A DNA stretch of 62,716 nt, filler included, from Stramenopiles sp. TOSAG23-6 (GCA_900128565.1; 20 parts of 20 records of this genome joined end to end with filler, not necessarily neighbours in it), one strand, 5' to 3'. Positions 1 through 12,609 are shown, counted from the first letter of the whole stretch. Numbers and translations: made by a program. Notes: generated by a model from the sequence alone, not told the origin.

Positions 1-2
1 AT

Positions 3-1828
3 GATAATTCAGCACCAAATACCAAAGTTACAGCAAAATCTGCAAAGACTAAGGAAACTATTCAGACTGCTCTAATGAAGCATTTTCTCTTCAAAGTCTT
101 GGATCAGCATTCAATGGATTCATTGATTAACGTAATGACACGAAAGGTAATGGCACCGGGTGATGTTGTTATTAAACAAGGTGATGCAGGGGATACATTT
201 TATGTCATGGAAAAAGGAGTTGTTGAAATAATTATTGGAGGGAAAACTCTTGGTGCTATCCAATCGCCTTCTGCGTTTGGAGAACTCGCATTAATGTATA
301 GCTCTCCGCGTGCAGCGACTTTAACATGTACCGACTATGGGGTACTATGGGTAGTTGACAGAGAAAATTTTAAGAAAACACTCGCTGTTGCAGCCCAATA
401 TGGCACAATCGGTAAATGTGAATTTTTACAGCAAATTCCAGAGTTGGCAGAACTGAGTAATATGCAGGTTACACGACTGGCAGAGAGTATATCTAGTTCA
501 GAGTATCGAGACGGGGAAGACATTTTAGTTCAAGGTGTACTAGGTGAATATTGGTATATAATAGTAGAAGGTGCAGTGCTCACTAGAAAACGTGAGTCTT
601 CAAAGGATGAATACAAAGATTTACTTCAACTTGAAGAAGGTGACTTTTTCGGTAAACTTTCGCTTTTACGCCGAGAGCCTTGTCATCTGGTTCTGTAACT
701 GTCTATAGATTAGATGCAAAACAATTTACAGCCCAAATAATATCAATTAAAAGCGTTCAAAATGCCTTAGTCAAAGCAGCACTGAGCAAAGAAGGGGATA
801 TGAAACATAAATTAGAAAGTCTTGCAAAAGGTGAAAAAATTGAAACTTCAAAACAACGTCGAAAAGAAAAAATAATTCCACGTATGCCGTTAAGCACCGT
901 AGAGATTTTACGTACGATTGGAGTGGGCACAATGGGTAAGGTCAAATTGGTTAGAGAAAAGAGTGGCGAACAAATTCTCACAGAAAGAAAGGCAATGTCT
1001 TTCATGGATCATCCATTTATTATTAATGTACTAGGTACAGAAATGGATAAATGTTCACTATATTTTTTTCTAGAACTTGTTCAAGGTGGTGAGGTATGGT
1101 CATTACTCTATGAACCCCTTTCTACTTCCCCACCTAAAACTCATATTGGGGGATTTAGCAACCACTGTGCCCGTTGGTTTGTCGCATGCGTTCTTCTAGG
1201 TCTTGAACATATACATGAATCAATGTGGATTTATCGCGATATCAAATTAGAAAATTTACTCGTTGACTCTGAGGGATATATTAAAATAGTTGATTTTGGT
1301 TTTGCAAAAAAATTGCCCAGAGGGAAGAAGACTAGAACGCTTTGTGGGACTCCTGAATACTTTGCACCTGAATTAGTTCTCGCGAAGGGTCACGATAAAG
1401 CTTGTGATTACTGGGCTTTAGGTGTTGTAATTTATGAATTACTAAGCGGTAAAACTCCCTTTGCTGATGCTGATCAGAGTAAAATATTTATGAAAATCGT
1501 TCAGTGTATGAAGTCACTTGAGTTTCCCAAGGGGTTTCCAAGAAAAGCACGAGATGTAGTAAAAGGTTTGCTACAAATGAAACCAGGCTCTAGACTAGGA
1601 ATGCTCCGTGGAGGCTGTGGTGATATTCTATCTGCAAGATGGTTTACTGGGATTCATTGGGAAACTCTCAAAAACAGACAATATGAAGCTCCTTGGAAAC
1701 CTAAACTTGCTGGAAATGAAGATATCTCCATGTTTGAAAAATTTGACGATGAAGGGATTGAAAGTGAACCTTATTATGGTGAAGATGATGTATTTGATGG
1801 GTTTGTCGTAGATGCTGCTTCTTCATAA
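3..1828 (+). CDS. cyclic-nucleotide-dependent protein kinase (PKG-like): two cNMP-binding domains plus AGC kinase; 5' partial, apparently disrupted
   Basis: cNMP motifs GDVVIKQGDAGDTFYV and FGELALMYSSPRAAT; kinase motifs GVGTMGKV, YRDIKLEN, DFG, TLCGTPEYFAPE. Frameshift near 680-698, and the subdomain II lysine segment is missing near 960. Confidence 0.85.
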
Positions 1829-2187
1829 GATCACCTCAAAACCACTAAATAAAATATTTTGTTATCATTTTATAGCTTATTTATTTGTGAGATACTACTA
1901 CGTTTCGATTTTTAAATTTTGCGTTTGGTTTCGGTTTGTTTGGTTTGCGGTCAAAATTGACAACTCGAACTCAAGACTCAACAACACTCTTCGTCCTCGA
2001 GTGTTTTATTTTCAATAACTATATTTATTTTTCCAGTACGTATTACTCAAAAATGTTTTTGCTAATTAAAGAACCATGCAGTCTTCTAAACGAGGAACAA
2101 GTCAACGCTGTACAATATCACTAACTTTTTTGACGTCTAGTAAATGCTAAATTAATTTTTTTATTCTTTAGGTGATTTTCTGAGCAG

Positions 2188-3001
2188 ATGCTGAATCGAA
2201 TTTTCTCTTCTTTAGGTGATCTTCTCAGCAGTTCTCACGAAGACTCTCCAAAGAAAAAAATGGTTCCAGTGGATAACAGCGCCGCATCGCCTAGCCTCAA
2301 GCGACGTAGTTTTAGAGTTGAAAATCCTGTTTCTCCAACATCTCCATTTTTAACCCCGTCAAAGCGATCGCGATTATTTTCAAACGAAACTACAGGATTA
2401 ACACCAGCAACAAAGAGTTTGTGTGTTGATACACAAAAGATATCCAATAATGAAAATGTTGAGTTGAATTTTCCGTCAAAGGACCTTGAAGACAATATTT
2501 CGGATTTCAATGATAGTATTTCGGATTTGGATGACAGTCTGGATTGGGAAGAAGTCATAAATTTAGAAAATAAACGAGAAAGTGCAGAAGTGTACGATGA
2601 TACCATAGAGAAAAATCTAGATGCAGCACAAAGACGAGCTTTAGCACTTGCAATTGATGGTTCAAATATATTTATCACTGGAAGTGGAGGAGTAGGCAAG
2701 AGTCATATCTTGAAATTGATTATTAGAAAATTGAAAGAGCAAAACAAACAAGTATGTGTATGTACGTTTTCGAATTTCAAATTTATTTTTTTGTACCAAA
2801 TTTCGTACCTAACGATTTTTTGTATGAGAAAAAACTTTTTTTTTTTCACAATAAATGTGCGCCAACTGGAATTGCCGCTAGTCATCTTGGGGGCACTACT
2901 ATACACACGGCTTTTGGTATTGGCAAGCCTACACAAGTATCAGATTTCCGAAAAATGTATGAGAAAGATAGGAAAACTGACCATTATTTAAGTAAGGGTA
3001 T
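2188..3001 (+). CDS. PIF1: PIF1-family 5'-3' DNA helicase, N-terminal part (3' partial, spliced)
   Basis: NIFITGSGGVGKS Walker A; after removing intron 2762-2856 it reads VCVCAPTGIAASHLGGTTIHTAFGIG (PIF1 motifs Ia/Ib). Confidence 0.85.
2762..2856 (+). other. non-canonical GT-AT intron (family member)
   Basis: GTACGTTTT...TTTCGTACCTAAC...CACAATAAAT; removal gives T+GT GCG CCA ACT GGA (CAPTG) in frame. Confidence 0.85.
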
Positions 3002-3746
3002 GTACGTTTCATATGAATTTCTAATTTAAGTTTTTTTTTCATACGAAATTTCGNNNNNNNNNNNNNNNNNNNNNNNNNNNNNNNNNNNNNNNNNNNNTTA
3101 ATTAATTAANNNNNNNNNNNNNNNNNNNNNNNNNNNNNNNNNNNNNNNNNNNNTTTTTAATTTTATCGCTTTCTTTCATTTTTTTTATTTTTAATCTACC
3201 AATTTTCTATTTTTATTTATATCTGAGTGTTGATTCCATATTTTTTAAGGCCTTTTTTCATTTTTAGTGTTTAATAAAACAACACAGAACTATCTTATAA
3301 TGATGTTATAATGATTTTATATATATATGCAACTGCTTCTATTTATATTATATTAATCATTGTGGCATTTCTATCCTCACGTATCAAATACTAAAGAATA
3401 CACTCTCTATAATAATTCAAATGAAAATTTTGAGATACCCGGTAACATATGATCAGCTTTGGATTTTCTCACCGGTCAGCAAGGCTCGTCACTAACTTTA
3501 TTTTTTTCGTACGAAAAACGTCCCATCATTACCGGCCAAACAAAGTCATTCAGATTTGTGTCGACTGTGTTGTTCGAGAGTGTGTCTTTGCTCTCTAAAA
3601 AGTCTCTCACAGAATAAGGCAGAATTTCATAAGAGAGATCGAGATAATTAATTTCAAGGCATTGTAGAGTAGTCTAGTAGGTATAGTATAACCTGGCGAA
3701 GGACTTGTTATTAGGGTAACTTATCAAGTGCGCTACTTTATTTATT

Positions 3747-5792
3747 ATGGACCTCTCTAGCATGAGTGGCGTGATTATGTAAGTACCATTATTACACAAC
3801 TCACATATTTATTTCTTTTAAAATTTTGAAGTAAAGGAAACACATCTCAACGTGTCTTCCGGTATTGATGAAAGCAATACACAAACTATTTCTTTTCTAT
3901 CATCATCATCCACAAATACTATCATCACTATCCACAAATACTATCATCACTGACCACAAATACCACTGACATATACAATCATTCATAGGGAGTATTCCGA
4001 TGACTCTACTGGAGAGCACGAATCAGATTATGAGCATGATATTGAGGATGATATGGGAAGTGGTGGAGGACCGCAGTCCCGCTCAGGAATGATGTCTTTG
4101 GATGAAACTCAGGACGCAAACGCCGGAGCCTCTCATCCTTCTACAGATGCTGCGGCACTGACAAGGGCAGCTCAAACGGCACTTTTGAGTGGAAACGGCG
4201 AAGGCTCTGTCAATATTACAGGTAATGGATGTGCCCAGACGTCGTCGAAAAAAAATTTCACTGTGTATATAATTAATGTTCATGCAGCAAATGGTGCAGT
4301 GTGGACAGTTTACAGAAGATACAGCCAGTTTAAGGCATTAAGTGAGAAAATACACATGAGGATGCACACAAGACTTGCTTTGCGAGTACGTGAGTCTTTA
4401 CCACCAAAAAAGATTATTGGTTCATTTGACCCTGTGTTTATTATTCAGAGACAAAAGGCGTTGTCAATTTGGTTAGGAGATTTAATGGATGCATTTCGCA
4501 ATATTTCTATGCCACCTTTTAATGACGAAGATTTACGTCTTTTTGTCACACACGATGCGAATAAGCCTCCAAAGGGTCTCCAAATATCGGTGAATAGTTC
4601 TACAGATAAATCTTCAGATAATATAGAAAACCAACAGCATGATAATGGTAATATGTGCCCAGATGGTCAAATGGAAGACGCATTATCTCAAGCGACTTCA
4701 ACGAATGTATCACGATCACGTGATGTTCGTACTGGTAAAGTAGTTTCTTTGGAAGATTTTGAAATGATTAAAGTAATTGGAAAGGGAAGTTTTGGTAAAG
4801 TTCTCCTTGTACGTAAACGTGAGGGTCGTAATTTATATGCGATGAAAGTGTTGGATAAAAAGAACATCATTCGGAGGAATCAAGTTGAACATACAAATAC
4901 GGAAAGGCGAGTGCTTGGTCAGATTCGTCATCCTTTTATTGTTACATTGCATTATGCATTTCAAACACGAACTCGTTTATATTTTGTGTTGGATTATTGT
5001 TCTGGAGGTGAATTGTTTTTCCACTTAGGTCGTTGCGGACGTCTTCGCGAATCACTCGCTTGTTTTTATGCTGCTGAAATCACTCTTGCATTAGCACATT
5101 TACATTCTTTGGGTATTGTATACCGAGATTTGAAACCGGAAAATATTCTTCTTGATGGTGACGGTCATGTACGACTTGCTGATTTTGGTTTATCAAAAGA
5201 AGGAATTACTACGGGAACATCTGGTACAGGATCATTTTGTGGTACTGCAGAATATCTAGCACCAGAAATTCTAAATCGCACAGGGCATGGTACAGGTGTA
5301 GATTGGTGGGCCCTTGGTATGGTTTTGTATGAAATGCTTACGGGTATGCCACCTTGGTATACTAAAGAACGTGAAGTTTTATTTGAACGCGTTCGTCGTT
5401 CACCTCTTGAATTTCCAAAACATGTCTCTCCCAATGCAAAATCAGTTATTCAAGGTTTTCTAGTACGTGATTCTGCTAAACGTATTGGAGTTCGACTTGG
5501 TGCACAGGAGGTAATGGCACAGCCGTTTTTTGCGCATATTGATTGGAAAGCTTTATACGAAAGGAGATTATCTCCACCTTTTCGACCCCGTAAAGATGTA
5601 GGTTCATTGGATGCCTCAAACTTTGACAAGGTATTTACTCGTATGAAAATTGAAGTACCTACAGGACCATCTTCCATTGCTGGATCAAATACATTTGCAG
5701 GATTTTCATTTGAGGGACATATTCAAGACAGACGTGCACGTGAATTAGAACGTATGGAGAGAGAGAGACAAAATGGGAATGGTATCCCATAA
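3747..5792 (+). CDS. PX-domain AGC Ser/Thr kinase (SGK/S6K-like); exons 3747-3778 and 3989-5792
   Basis: PX motif WTVYRRYSQF...LPPKK; kinase GKGSFGKV, YAMK, YRDLKPEN, DFG, FCGTAEYLAPE; hydrophobic motif FAGFSF. The upstream exon joins in frame through a GTAAGT...CATAG intron. Confidence 0.9.
3779..3988 (+). other. canonical GT-AG intron (not of the repeated family)
   Basis: GTAAGT donor, CACTGAC branch-like site, CATAG acceptor; restores the frame AT+G GAG TAT into ORF 4053. Confidence 0.75.
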
Positions 5793-6311
5793 CATTTTGT
5801 GAAGATCTATTGTATGTGTAGGGTAGTAACATTTTTTAAGTAAGTGATGAATACAGTGGAAATACTCCAATATTGTTTTATCTATAAACGAAGACATTTG
5901 TCAAATTATTTAAAATGTATATTTTTACTCCATCATTTAACATGTGTAAGAGTGTTTTCTTTAAAGTTTCTTTCTTTTAAAGTTTCTTTCTTTACAAATT
6001 TCTGTACAAGTCATATCTACTCGATACTTTAAGTCATATCCAGCCCATCCAGCCCCACCACCACCACATGCTACTCGATACTACACTAGATTTGAAAAAA
6101 TTACCAAGAGGACTAAATGTAGACACAACGACTGGTTGTTGAATTAAGTACATGTACACAGGACAAATCCATACTCATTACTTTTTTCATACCAGACTTT
6201 ACAGANNNNNNNNNNNNNNNNNNNNNNNNNNNNNNNNNNNNNNNNNNNNTTAATTAATTAANNNNNNNNNNNNNNNNNNNNNNNNNNNNNNNNNNNNNNN
6301 NNNNNATACAT

Positions 6312-6411
6312 GTATGTTTTTTTTTTTTTTAATTTTTTTTCTTAATTTTTTTTTCGGTCGAAATTCCCGTCCTAACAAATTTTTCAAATTTTTTTTTTTT
6401 TCACAATACAT
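6312..6411 (+). other. non-canonical GT-AT intron (family member)
   Basis: GTATGTTTT...GTCCTAAC...TCACAATACAT followed by the OGT exon GCA GCC CGT CGT ATT (AARRI). Confidence 0.7.
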
Positions 6412-7672
6412 GCAGCCCGTCGTATTTGGAGAGATCATGTCCATATTTTATATGATTTACAAGGACATACACTCGGAACTCGTGCAGAAATTCATTTATT
6501 ACGACCCGCCGTAATTCAAGTTAGTATGCTAGTGTATCCCGGTACCCATGGTTCAAAATGGACAGATTATCTTATTTCTGATCAGCTAGTTACTCCACCA
6601 GAACATCAACATTTTTTCACAGAAAAACTTGTTTTATTTCCAGACACGTACCAAGTGAATTTTTATCCACATCGAGATATTTCTAATTTAGGTGTGAGAG
6701 GAATTGATGAACGAAATTATTCTGTGGATTGTTTTTATAATGATGCTGGTGGGACGAATAATTGTGTGTATGTTTTTTTCATCATAATTTTAAAATTGTT
6801 TTTTTTTAGTAAAATTTAATAGTACATTTTGTACCTAACAAAAAAAAAAAAAAAAAAAAAAAAAAAATGAAAGATTTACTATAGAAAAAAAAGTCATTCA
6901 TTCTGGTTTATGGATGGAGAGATTTCAAAATATTGATAAGCGACTTATCTATGATAATGGCGAGTTATCACGAAATGTCCATAATCTACCATCAAAAGGT
7001 TTCGTGTTTTGTAATTTTAACAAAATCAACAAATTAGAGCCTGTTTCATTTTCTATTTGGATGAATGTTCTACGACGTGTTCCAAATTCAATATTATGGT
7101 TATTAAAACCATCTTCAAGAATTTCAGCGAATGGCGTTCGAGAAAGAATTGAACAAGAAGCAATTATGCGAGGCATTCATCCATCAAGATTGCGTTGGGC
7201 AGAAAGAGTTCCAAAACGGCCACATCTTGCACGTCATCAACATGCTGGTTTGTTCCTGGATAGTTTTGTATACAATGCACATTCAACAGCGACAGATGCA
7301 TTACGAGCAGGTTTGCCGGTATTAACAATCGCGCGTGAAACATTTGCTTCACGAGTCGGTGCAAGTTTACTACGATCTATTGATTTAACAGAATTAAGAG
7401 AATTTGATGTACGAAATTTTGAAAATCTTGCAGTTGAACTAGCTACGACAAAGATTCAAATACTTGCTGAACTAAGACGAAGACAGTTGAAAAAGCTTCG
7501 TGAAATGGAAACACAAAGCATGCAGGATATTCCACCTCTTTTTGATATTGCAAAATATACAAGAAATTTCGAAAGAAGTTCAAAATTAATGTGGGAGGTA
7601 AGAGCATCTGGCTACAGTCCAATGCAGATCATATTAGCCCCTAAAACATCAACGTATAGAAAGAGTAAATAA
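6412..7672 (+). CDS. O-GlcNAc/O-fucosyl transferase (GT41, OGT/SPINDLY family) C-terminal catalytic region; spliced, 5' partial
   Basis: ILYDLQGHT, RPAVIQV..YPGT, FVFCNFNKINKL, LFLDSFVYNAHSTATDALRAGLPVLT, FASRVGASLL. Confidence 0.9.
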
Positions 7673-7770
7673 ATTTTTGGGTTTCATACATTCTTACCTT
7701 TATTCATAATGACATAAATTGCAAGAATACCTGAAGAATACTCATTTTTCAATATTTCTTCAAGTTTTTT

Positions 7771-9356
7771 TTAAATTATTTCAGGAACTAAAAAAATAAT
7801 TGGAAACAATAGAATGATGAATAACACCAATAAACCTGTATACACAATGATGGGTGAAGATAAAATTGATACGTTTTGTCCACTTCGTTGGCTTTGAGGA
7901 CTATTCCGTTGAAGCAAGCACTTTTTCAAATCTTCATTAATAGCTCTTCTTATAAAATCACGTTTTTCTTTCATATTTTTACCTTTTGCAAGANNNNNNN
8001 NNNNNNNNNNNNNNNNNNNNNNNNNNNNNNNNNNNNNNNNNACGAAATCTTGGACTTTCATCTGTAGTTAGATGTTGCTGTATCCAGTCACGCATTTGAC
8101 ACATTTGCAATGATGGATTTTCCCCTCCATGTGCAATCTTATTTCGGCGTATGCATTCTTCATTTGTAGCTTCTGTGAGTCTTTGACTCGCTGTTGTACC
8201 ACTACCATCGTCATTTGATAAATTCGCAAACTTTTCTGCCACGTTTTTGATAATACGATCCTCTTCTTCTCTATTCACATTAACATTCTTTGAAGCAACT
8301 TTATTATTTTCATTTGTATCATCATTCGCAGTTGCATGACTAGCCTGTGAATCATCTACACTTGTACGAGTATTAGCCGTAGTTTTATCTGCATGTTCAG
8401 ATTCTTTTTTCAATTTATCTTTTATAGCATCTGCGACGAGTTTTGGCGTATTATCAGAAGGTCCTAAATTATTTTTATGTAGTTTATGTCGTTTATGTAT
8501 TGATGCAGTAAGCCGTCGTTTATGTGAATCAAAATTACATATCAAATGATCTTTTTTTGTTTCGCCCATGTTTTTTTGGATTTCTTCAAAAATTTCCTCC
8601 AGTTCATCGGGTACGTAAATGACAGGGTCTGTCATCCTAACACTACTCATGTAATGTCATGCTGTATTTCTGTACATAGCCCAAATATGATTCATCATGC
8701 CTCCAACATTTATACCTTCTCGATAATCGAACAAAAATTCGCTGTCTAATCCTGTTCCAAAGCTTTTGTTATTTGGTGTACCAAAAGCCTCAAACGATGT
8801 ACACCGATCAGTATCCTCAGCATCGTCCTCCCAGCTAAAAAGATGACCTCCTGGACAAGAATCATTCACATCAAAAATAATTTCATCCATATTATGACAA
8901 TCTTGCCACATGGCCCAAATACGATCCACTTGTGTGTGATGCATATAAAACAAAGGATCTGAAGGCGAGAGAAATGATCTCATATGACCACCTAATTGAT
9001 TATGTTGAGTATTATGAGGTACAGTTTCCAAAGCTGCACGAAATCCAGCTGAACCACCATACGTACTTCTATTATGAATAATATCCATTAATTCTAGATA
9101 AGAGACCAATGGTCGCTTAGAATCCCATTTGTCTTGTGCAAAATTCCAATTTGTACCACGAGACAAACAATATGTATTTTAGAAAAATATTTCAAAAGTT
9201 TTCTAAAAAAAATTGTTAGGTACAAAATGTCGTACGAAAAAAAATCGATTTTTTTTTTTTCGAAATTAAAAAAAAAATAAAACATACATCCTCCATGATC
9301 TACCCAGTCACTAAACGGTGATGTTTCACTCATACAACCAACATTTTTCTCTAGAC
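7771..9356 (-). CDS. tyrosinase (type-3 copper) domain protein with C-terminal TM segment; 5' partial
   Basis: PHNTQHNQLGGHM...SPSDPLFYMHHTQVDRIWAMWQ (CuB site); intron 9172-9287; one in-frame TGA at 8657-8659; N gap near 8000. Confidence 0.75.
9172..9287 (-). other. non-canonical GT-AT intron (family member)
   Basis: GGA T|GTATG...GTACCTAAC...AAAATACAT|AT TGT TTG TCT CGT gives GYCLSR in frame with the tyrosinase ORF. Confidence 0.8.
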
Positions 9357-9559
9357 NNNNNNNNNNNNNNNNNNNNNNNNNNNNNNNNNNNNNNNNNNNN
9401 TTAATTAATTAANNNNNNNNNNNNNNNNNNNNNNNNNNNNNNNNNNNNNNNNNNNNAAAAAATATTTTTTTTTTTTTTTTTTTTTTCGTTAGGTACAAAA
9501 TTTCGTACGAAAACCAAAAAAAAAAAAATTCCAATTTCAAAAAATGAAATGAAAACATA

Positions 9560-11238
9560 CTACCTCTCACCTTCTTTGATTTTTTATCTTTTAAAAATTG
9601 ACGTTTTTTCTTTTTTTCTCGTTTTTTTAAAATGGAATCGTTGATTGAACCTTCTTCATCCAATTTATTTGCTTCATTTTCAAGTTCTATCGTTTCAATT
9701 GTATCATCTTCAACTGCACCATGTATTTTGTAAAATATTTAAAAAAAAATTCTAAAAAATTTGTTAGGTACAAAATTTTTATAAAAAAAAAAATCGATTT
9801 TTTTTTTTTCGGTAAAAAAAAAAAATAAGACATACATCATTTTCGTCTATACTATTACTCTTTACATTTGCTTTTTCTTGGGCAAGTTCAGCAACAGTTT
9901 TACCTGCCATTAAAGCAGCTTTCTGATCTGCAATACGTTGCTCTTTTTTACTTAGTTTTTTTCGTCCAAATGTCATTTCTATTTTTCGTTTTTTACGTCC
10001 AATTAGAATATTCAATTCATCATTTATTGTTTTGCAAGTCAGACGAATGTATCGACGAAATTTCCAATTTAATTGCCAAAAAAAATTAAGTTTCCAACAA
10101 ATAAATGAAATTATAATAAATATCAAAAGGAATACAATACAAGGAAATAATAAAGGTAACCCAAACACATTCCAATAAGGAGCTGACAGTTTTGTTCCAC
10201 ATTGTAAACCTGTTGTGTTGGAAAAATATTTCAAAAAAAAAAAAAAAATCTTTTAGTTTAGGTACAAAATTTACTATAAAAAAAAATGTAGACTTTTTTG
10301 TAAAAAAAAAAAATAAAAACATACACCTCCGATAATAATAAAGAAAACCTAATTGTAAATCACAATGACCACATAGAGGACCAATATATCCAATAGAACA
10401 TGAATTATCTTGGACACCTAAAGTCTTTTCATCATTCATACTCATTATTGTATTGATTGGTCCAAATAATGTCGGTTTTACACCTGTATCCGGTGTCATA
10501 ACACCAAACTGTAATACCATGTATTTTGGAAAAATATTTCAAAAAAAAAAAAAAAATTGTTAGGTACAAAANNNNNNNNNNNNNNNNNNNNNNNNNNNNN
10601 NNNNNNNNNNNNNNNNNNNNNNNNNNNNNNNNNNNNNNNNNNNNNNNNNNNNNNNNNNNNNNNNNNNNNNNNNNNNNNNNNNNNNNNNNNNNNNNNNNNN
10701 NNNNNNNNNNNNNNNNNNNNNNNNNNNNNNNNNNNNNNNNNNNNNNNNNNNNNNNNNNNNNNNNNNNNNNNNNNNNNNNNNNNNNNNNNNNNNNNNAAAA
10801 TATTTCAAAATTTTCCAAAAAAAAAAATTTGTTAGGTAAAAAATTTTTTTACCAAAAAAAAAAATAAATTCGATTTTTTTTTTTAGTTTCAAAAAAAAAA
10901 AAAAAAAACATACATTGTTGTGTCACAATAACATTTGTCAAGGTGGATTTTGATTGAATCGTCCAGTCGTAATATCCTGGTAATATAGTGGGTACAATGA
11001 CACCAACAGTGGATAATCCACCATCAGTTAATTTTTGTCCAGTTGTACAATGCATTCCATCATCACAGGATGTACACATTGTATTATCATCATTATTATT
11101 ATTATTATTATTATCAGAGGTATCAGAGGTATCAGTATTATCCGTCTTTCTATTTAAAAAAGAATTAGGCTTACCTGTATTACTACAAAAATAAATAAAA
11201 AAAAACTGTTAGCTTAGGTATGAAATGTTGTAGTAAAC

Positions 11239-11280
<42 letters not shown>

Positions 11281-11673
11281 GGGAAAAAAATTCGTAAAAA
11301 AAAAAAAAATTTTTTCAAAAAAAAAAAAAAAAAAAAAAAAACATACATTGATTCTTCACGTCTTTTTTTTTGTAAATATTCATCTGGTGGTGCAATTTGT
11401 AAAAGACCATTTTCTAATGGAGTTTTTTTATTACTAATTGTGATGTTCTTTGCAGCGTTTTCCATTGGGGAAAGACAATTTTGAGTCAAATCTTGTTGTA
11501 ATGGACATATATTTTGGAAAAATATTTCAAAAAAAAAAAAAAAAATTGTTAGGTACAAAATTTTTTTACCAAAAAAAAAAAATATTCGTTTTTTTTTTTT
11601 TTTTTTTTTTCGGTAAATAATAAAAAAAATAAAACATACATTATTCCATGTAGATACGCAATTATATGGTGTC
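9560..11673 (-). CDS. multi-exon cysteine-rich membrane protein (receptor-like; CxxC modules, GPLCGHC, TM helix), partial
   Basis: Exon peptides CTSCDDGMHC, ILPGYY, CSIGYIGPLCGHC, RCLQCG plus a hydrophobic helix; interrupted by family introns and N gaps. Confidence 0.6.
9721..9835 (-). other. non-canonical GT-AT intron (family member), phase 0
   Basis: AAT GAT|GTATG...CAAAATACAT|GGT GCA GTT joins two ORFs in frame. Confidence 0.75.
10210..10324 (-). other. family intron with canonical AG end
   Basis: AGG T|GTATG...GTACCTAAAC...CCAACACAACAG|GT TTA CAA TGT gives RRCLQCG. Confidence 0.7.
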
Positions 11674-11867
11674 NNNNNNNNNNNNNNNNNNNNNNNNNNN
11701 NNNNNNNNNNNNNNNNNNNNNNNNNNNNNNNNNNNNNNNNNNNNNNNNNNNNNNNCATTTATTGTGAAAAATATATTTTTTTTTTGAAAATTTTTTTTTT
11801 TTTAGGTACAAAATTTACTATGAAATTTTTTTTTTTTTTTTTTTTTTTTTGAAAAAAATAAAATGTA

Positions 11868-12355
11868 CATCCCCGACTTTAAATATGACAATTTCTTTAG
11901 CAATTTTTCGTTTTGATTTGTTCTTAGGTAGTGATTTGCGTAATGATTTGCGTCGTGAAAGACCCATTGATTCACCATCAACCAAGCGGGAAAATTGAGC
12001 TTGATTTATTCTACCATTTTTTAAATGTTGACGAAGAATTTCAACATCTTGGCCTTGTAAATCTCTCAATGAATTTGTTGATAGTAGTGTTTTCACATCA
12101 CTTGAATTTGATTGATTGTGTACTGCCTCATTTGTTCTGTTTTGTTGTGAAGACAATTCATTAGCGTTAGGGTTTTCACTTTTCAAGTTTGCAGCAATTG
12201 CCGCATTGACTGTATCTTCATCAACGCCATGCGTTTCTAATAATGCAACGAAAGCTGATTTTGGAACTTTTCCGGATTGGACCAAATTTTGAACCATTTT
12301 AAGTTCTGCAATTGTTGCATCGGATACAACTTTTGGTGCAGGAATAGTTTCATAT
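11868..12355 (-). CDS. internal exon of a hypothetical protein
   Basis: Open non-repetitive frame bounded by family-type acceptor and donor signals. Confidence 0.5.
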
Positions 12356-12609
12356 AGTGTGAGAAAATATTTGAAAAAAAAAAAAATTGAAAACATTTTC
12401 ATAGAAAAAAAAAAAAATCATTGCAAAAAAAAAAAAAAAAAATTGAAAAAATTTTAAAAAAAAAAAAAAAAAAATCATTGCAAAAAAAAAAAAAAAAATA
12501 TATATAANNNNNNNNNNNNNNNNNNNNNNNNNNNNNNNNNNNNNNNNNNNNTTAATTAATTAANNNNNNNNNNNNNNNNNNNNNNNNNNNNNNNNNNNNN
12601 NNNNNNNGA

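Noticed and set aside
2760-2856. Reading the family as U12-type AT-AC introns (ATGTAT...ATAC)
   Set aside because: In that register the ends vary (AT-AA, AT-TT, AT-CC, TT-AT, CT-AC), the U12 donor RTATCCTT is absent, and AG-ending members align with the GT register.
3054-3152. N-run/TTAATTAATTAA/N-run units recurring every ~3.1 kb
   Set aside because: Artificial six-frame-stop linker joining size-sorted contigs; not a repeat array, and it removes any synteny inference.
3895-3970. Short tandem repeat ATCCACAAATACTATCATCACT
   Set aside because: Lies within a canonical intron; no evidence of function.
8657-8659. Genome-wide stop-codon reassignment
   Set aside because: TAA, TAG and TGA all terminate conserved genes at expected positions, and long ORFs have no internal stops.
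10432-10892. Phe/Lys-rich and X-rich ORFs in the ORF track
   Set aside because: Translations of poly-T/A intron tracts and N gaps; likewise at 11214, 37092, 40533, 41106 and 55845.
9400-12500. Regularly spaced GTTAGGTACAAAATTT repeats as a CRISPR-like array
   Set aside because: Eukaryotic context, spacers are coding exons, no cas genes; the repeats are intron branch modules.
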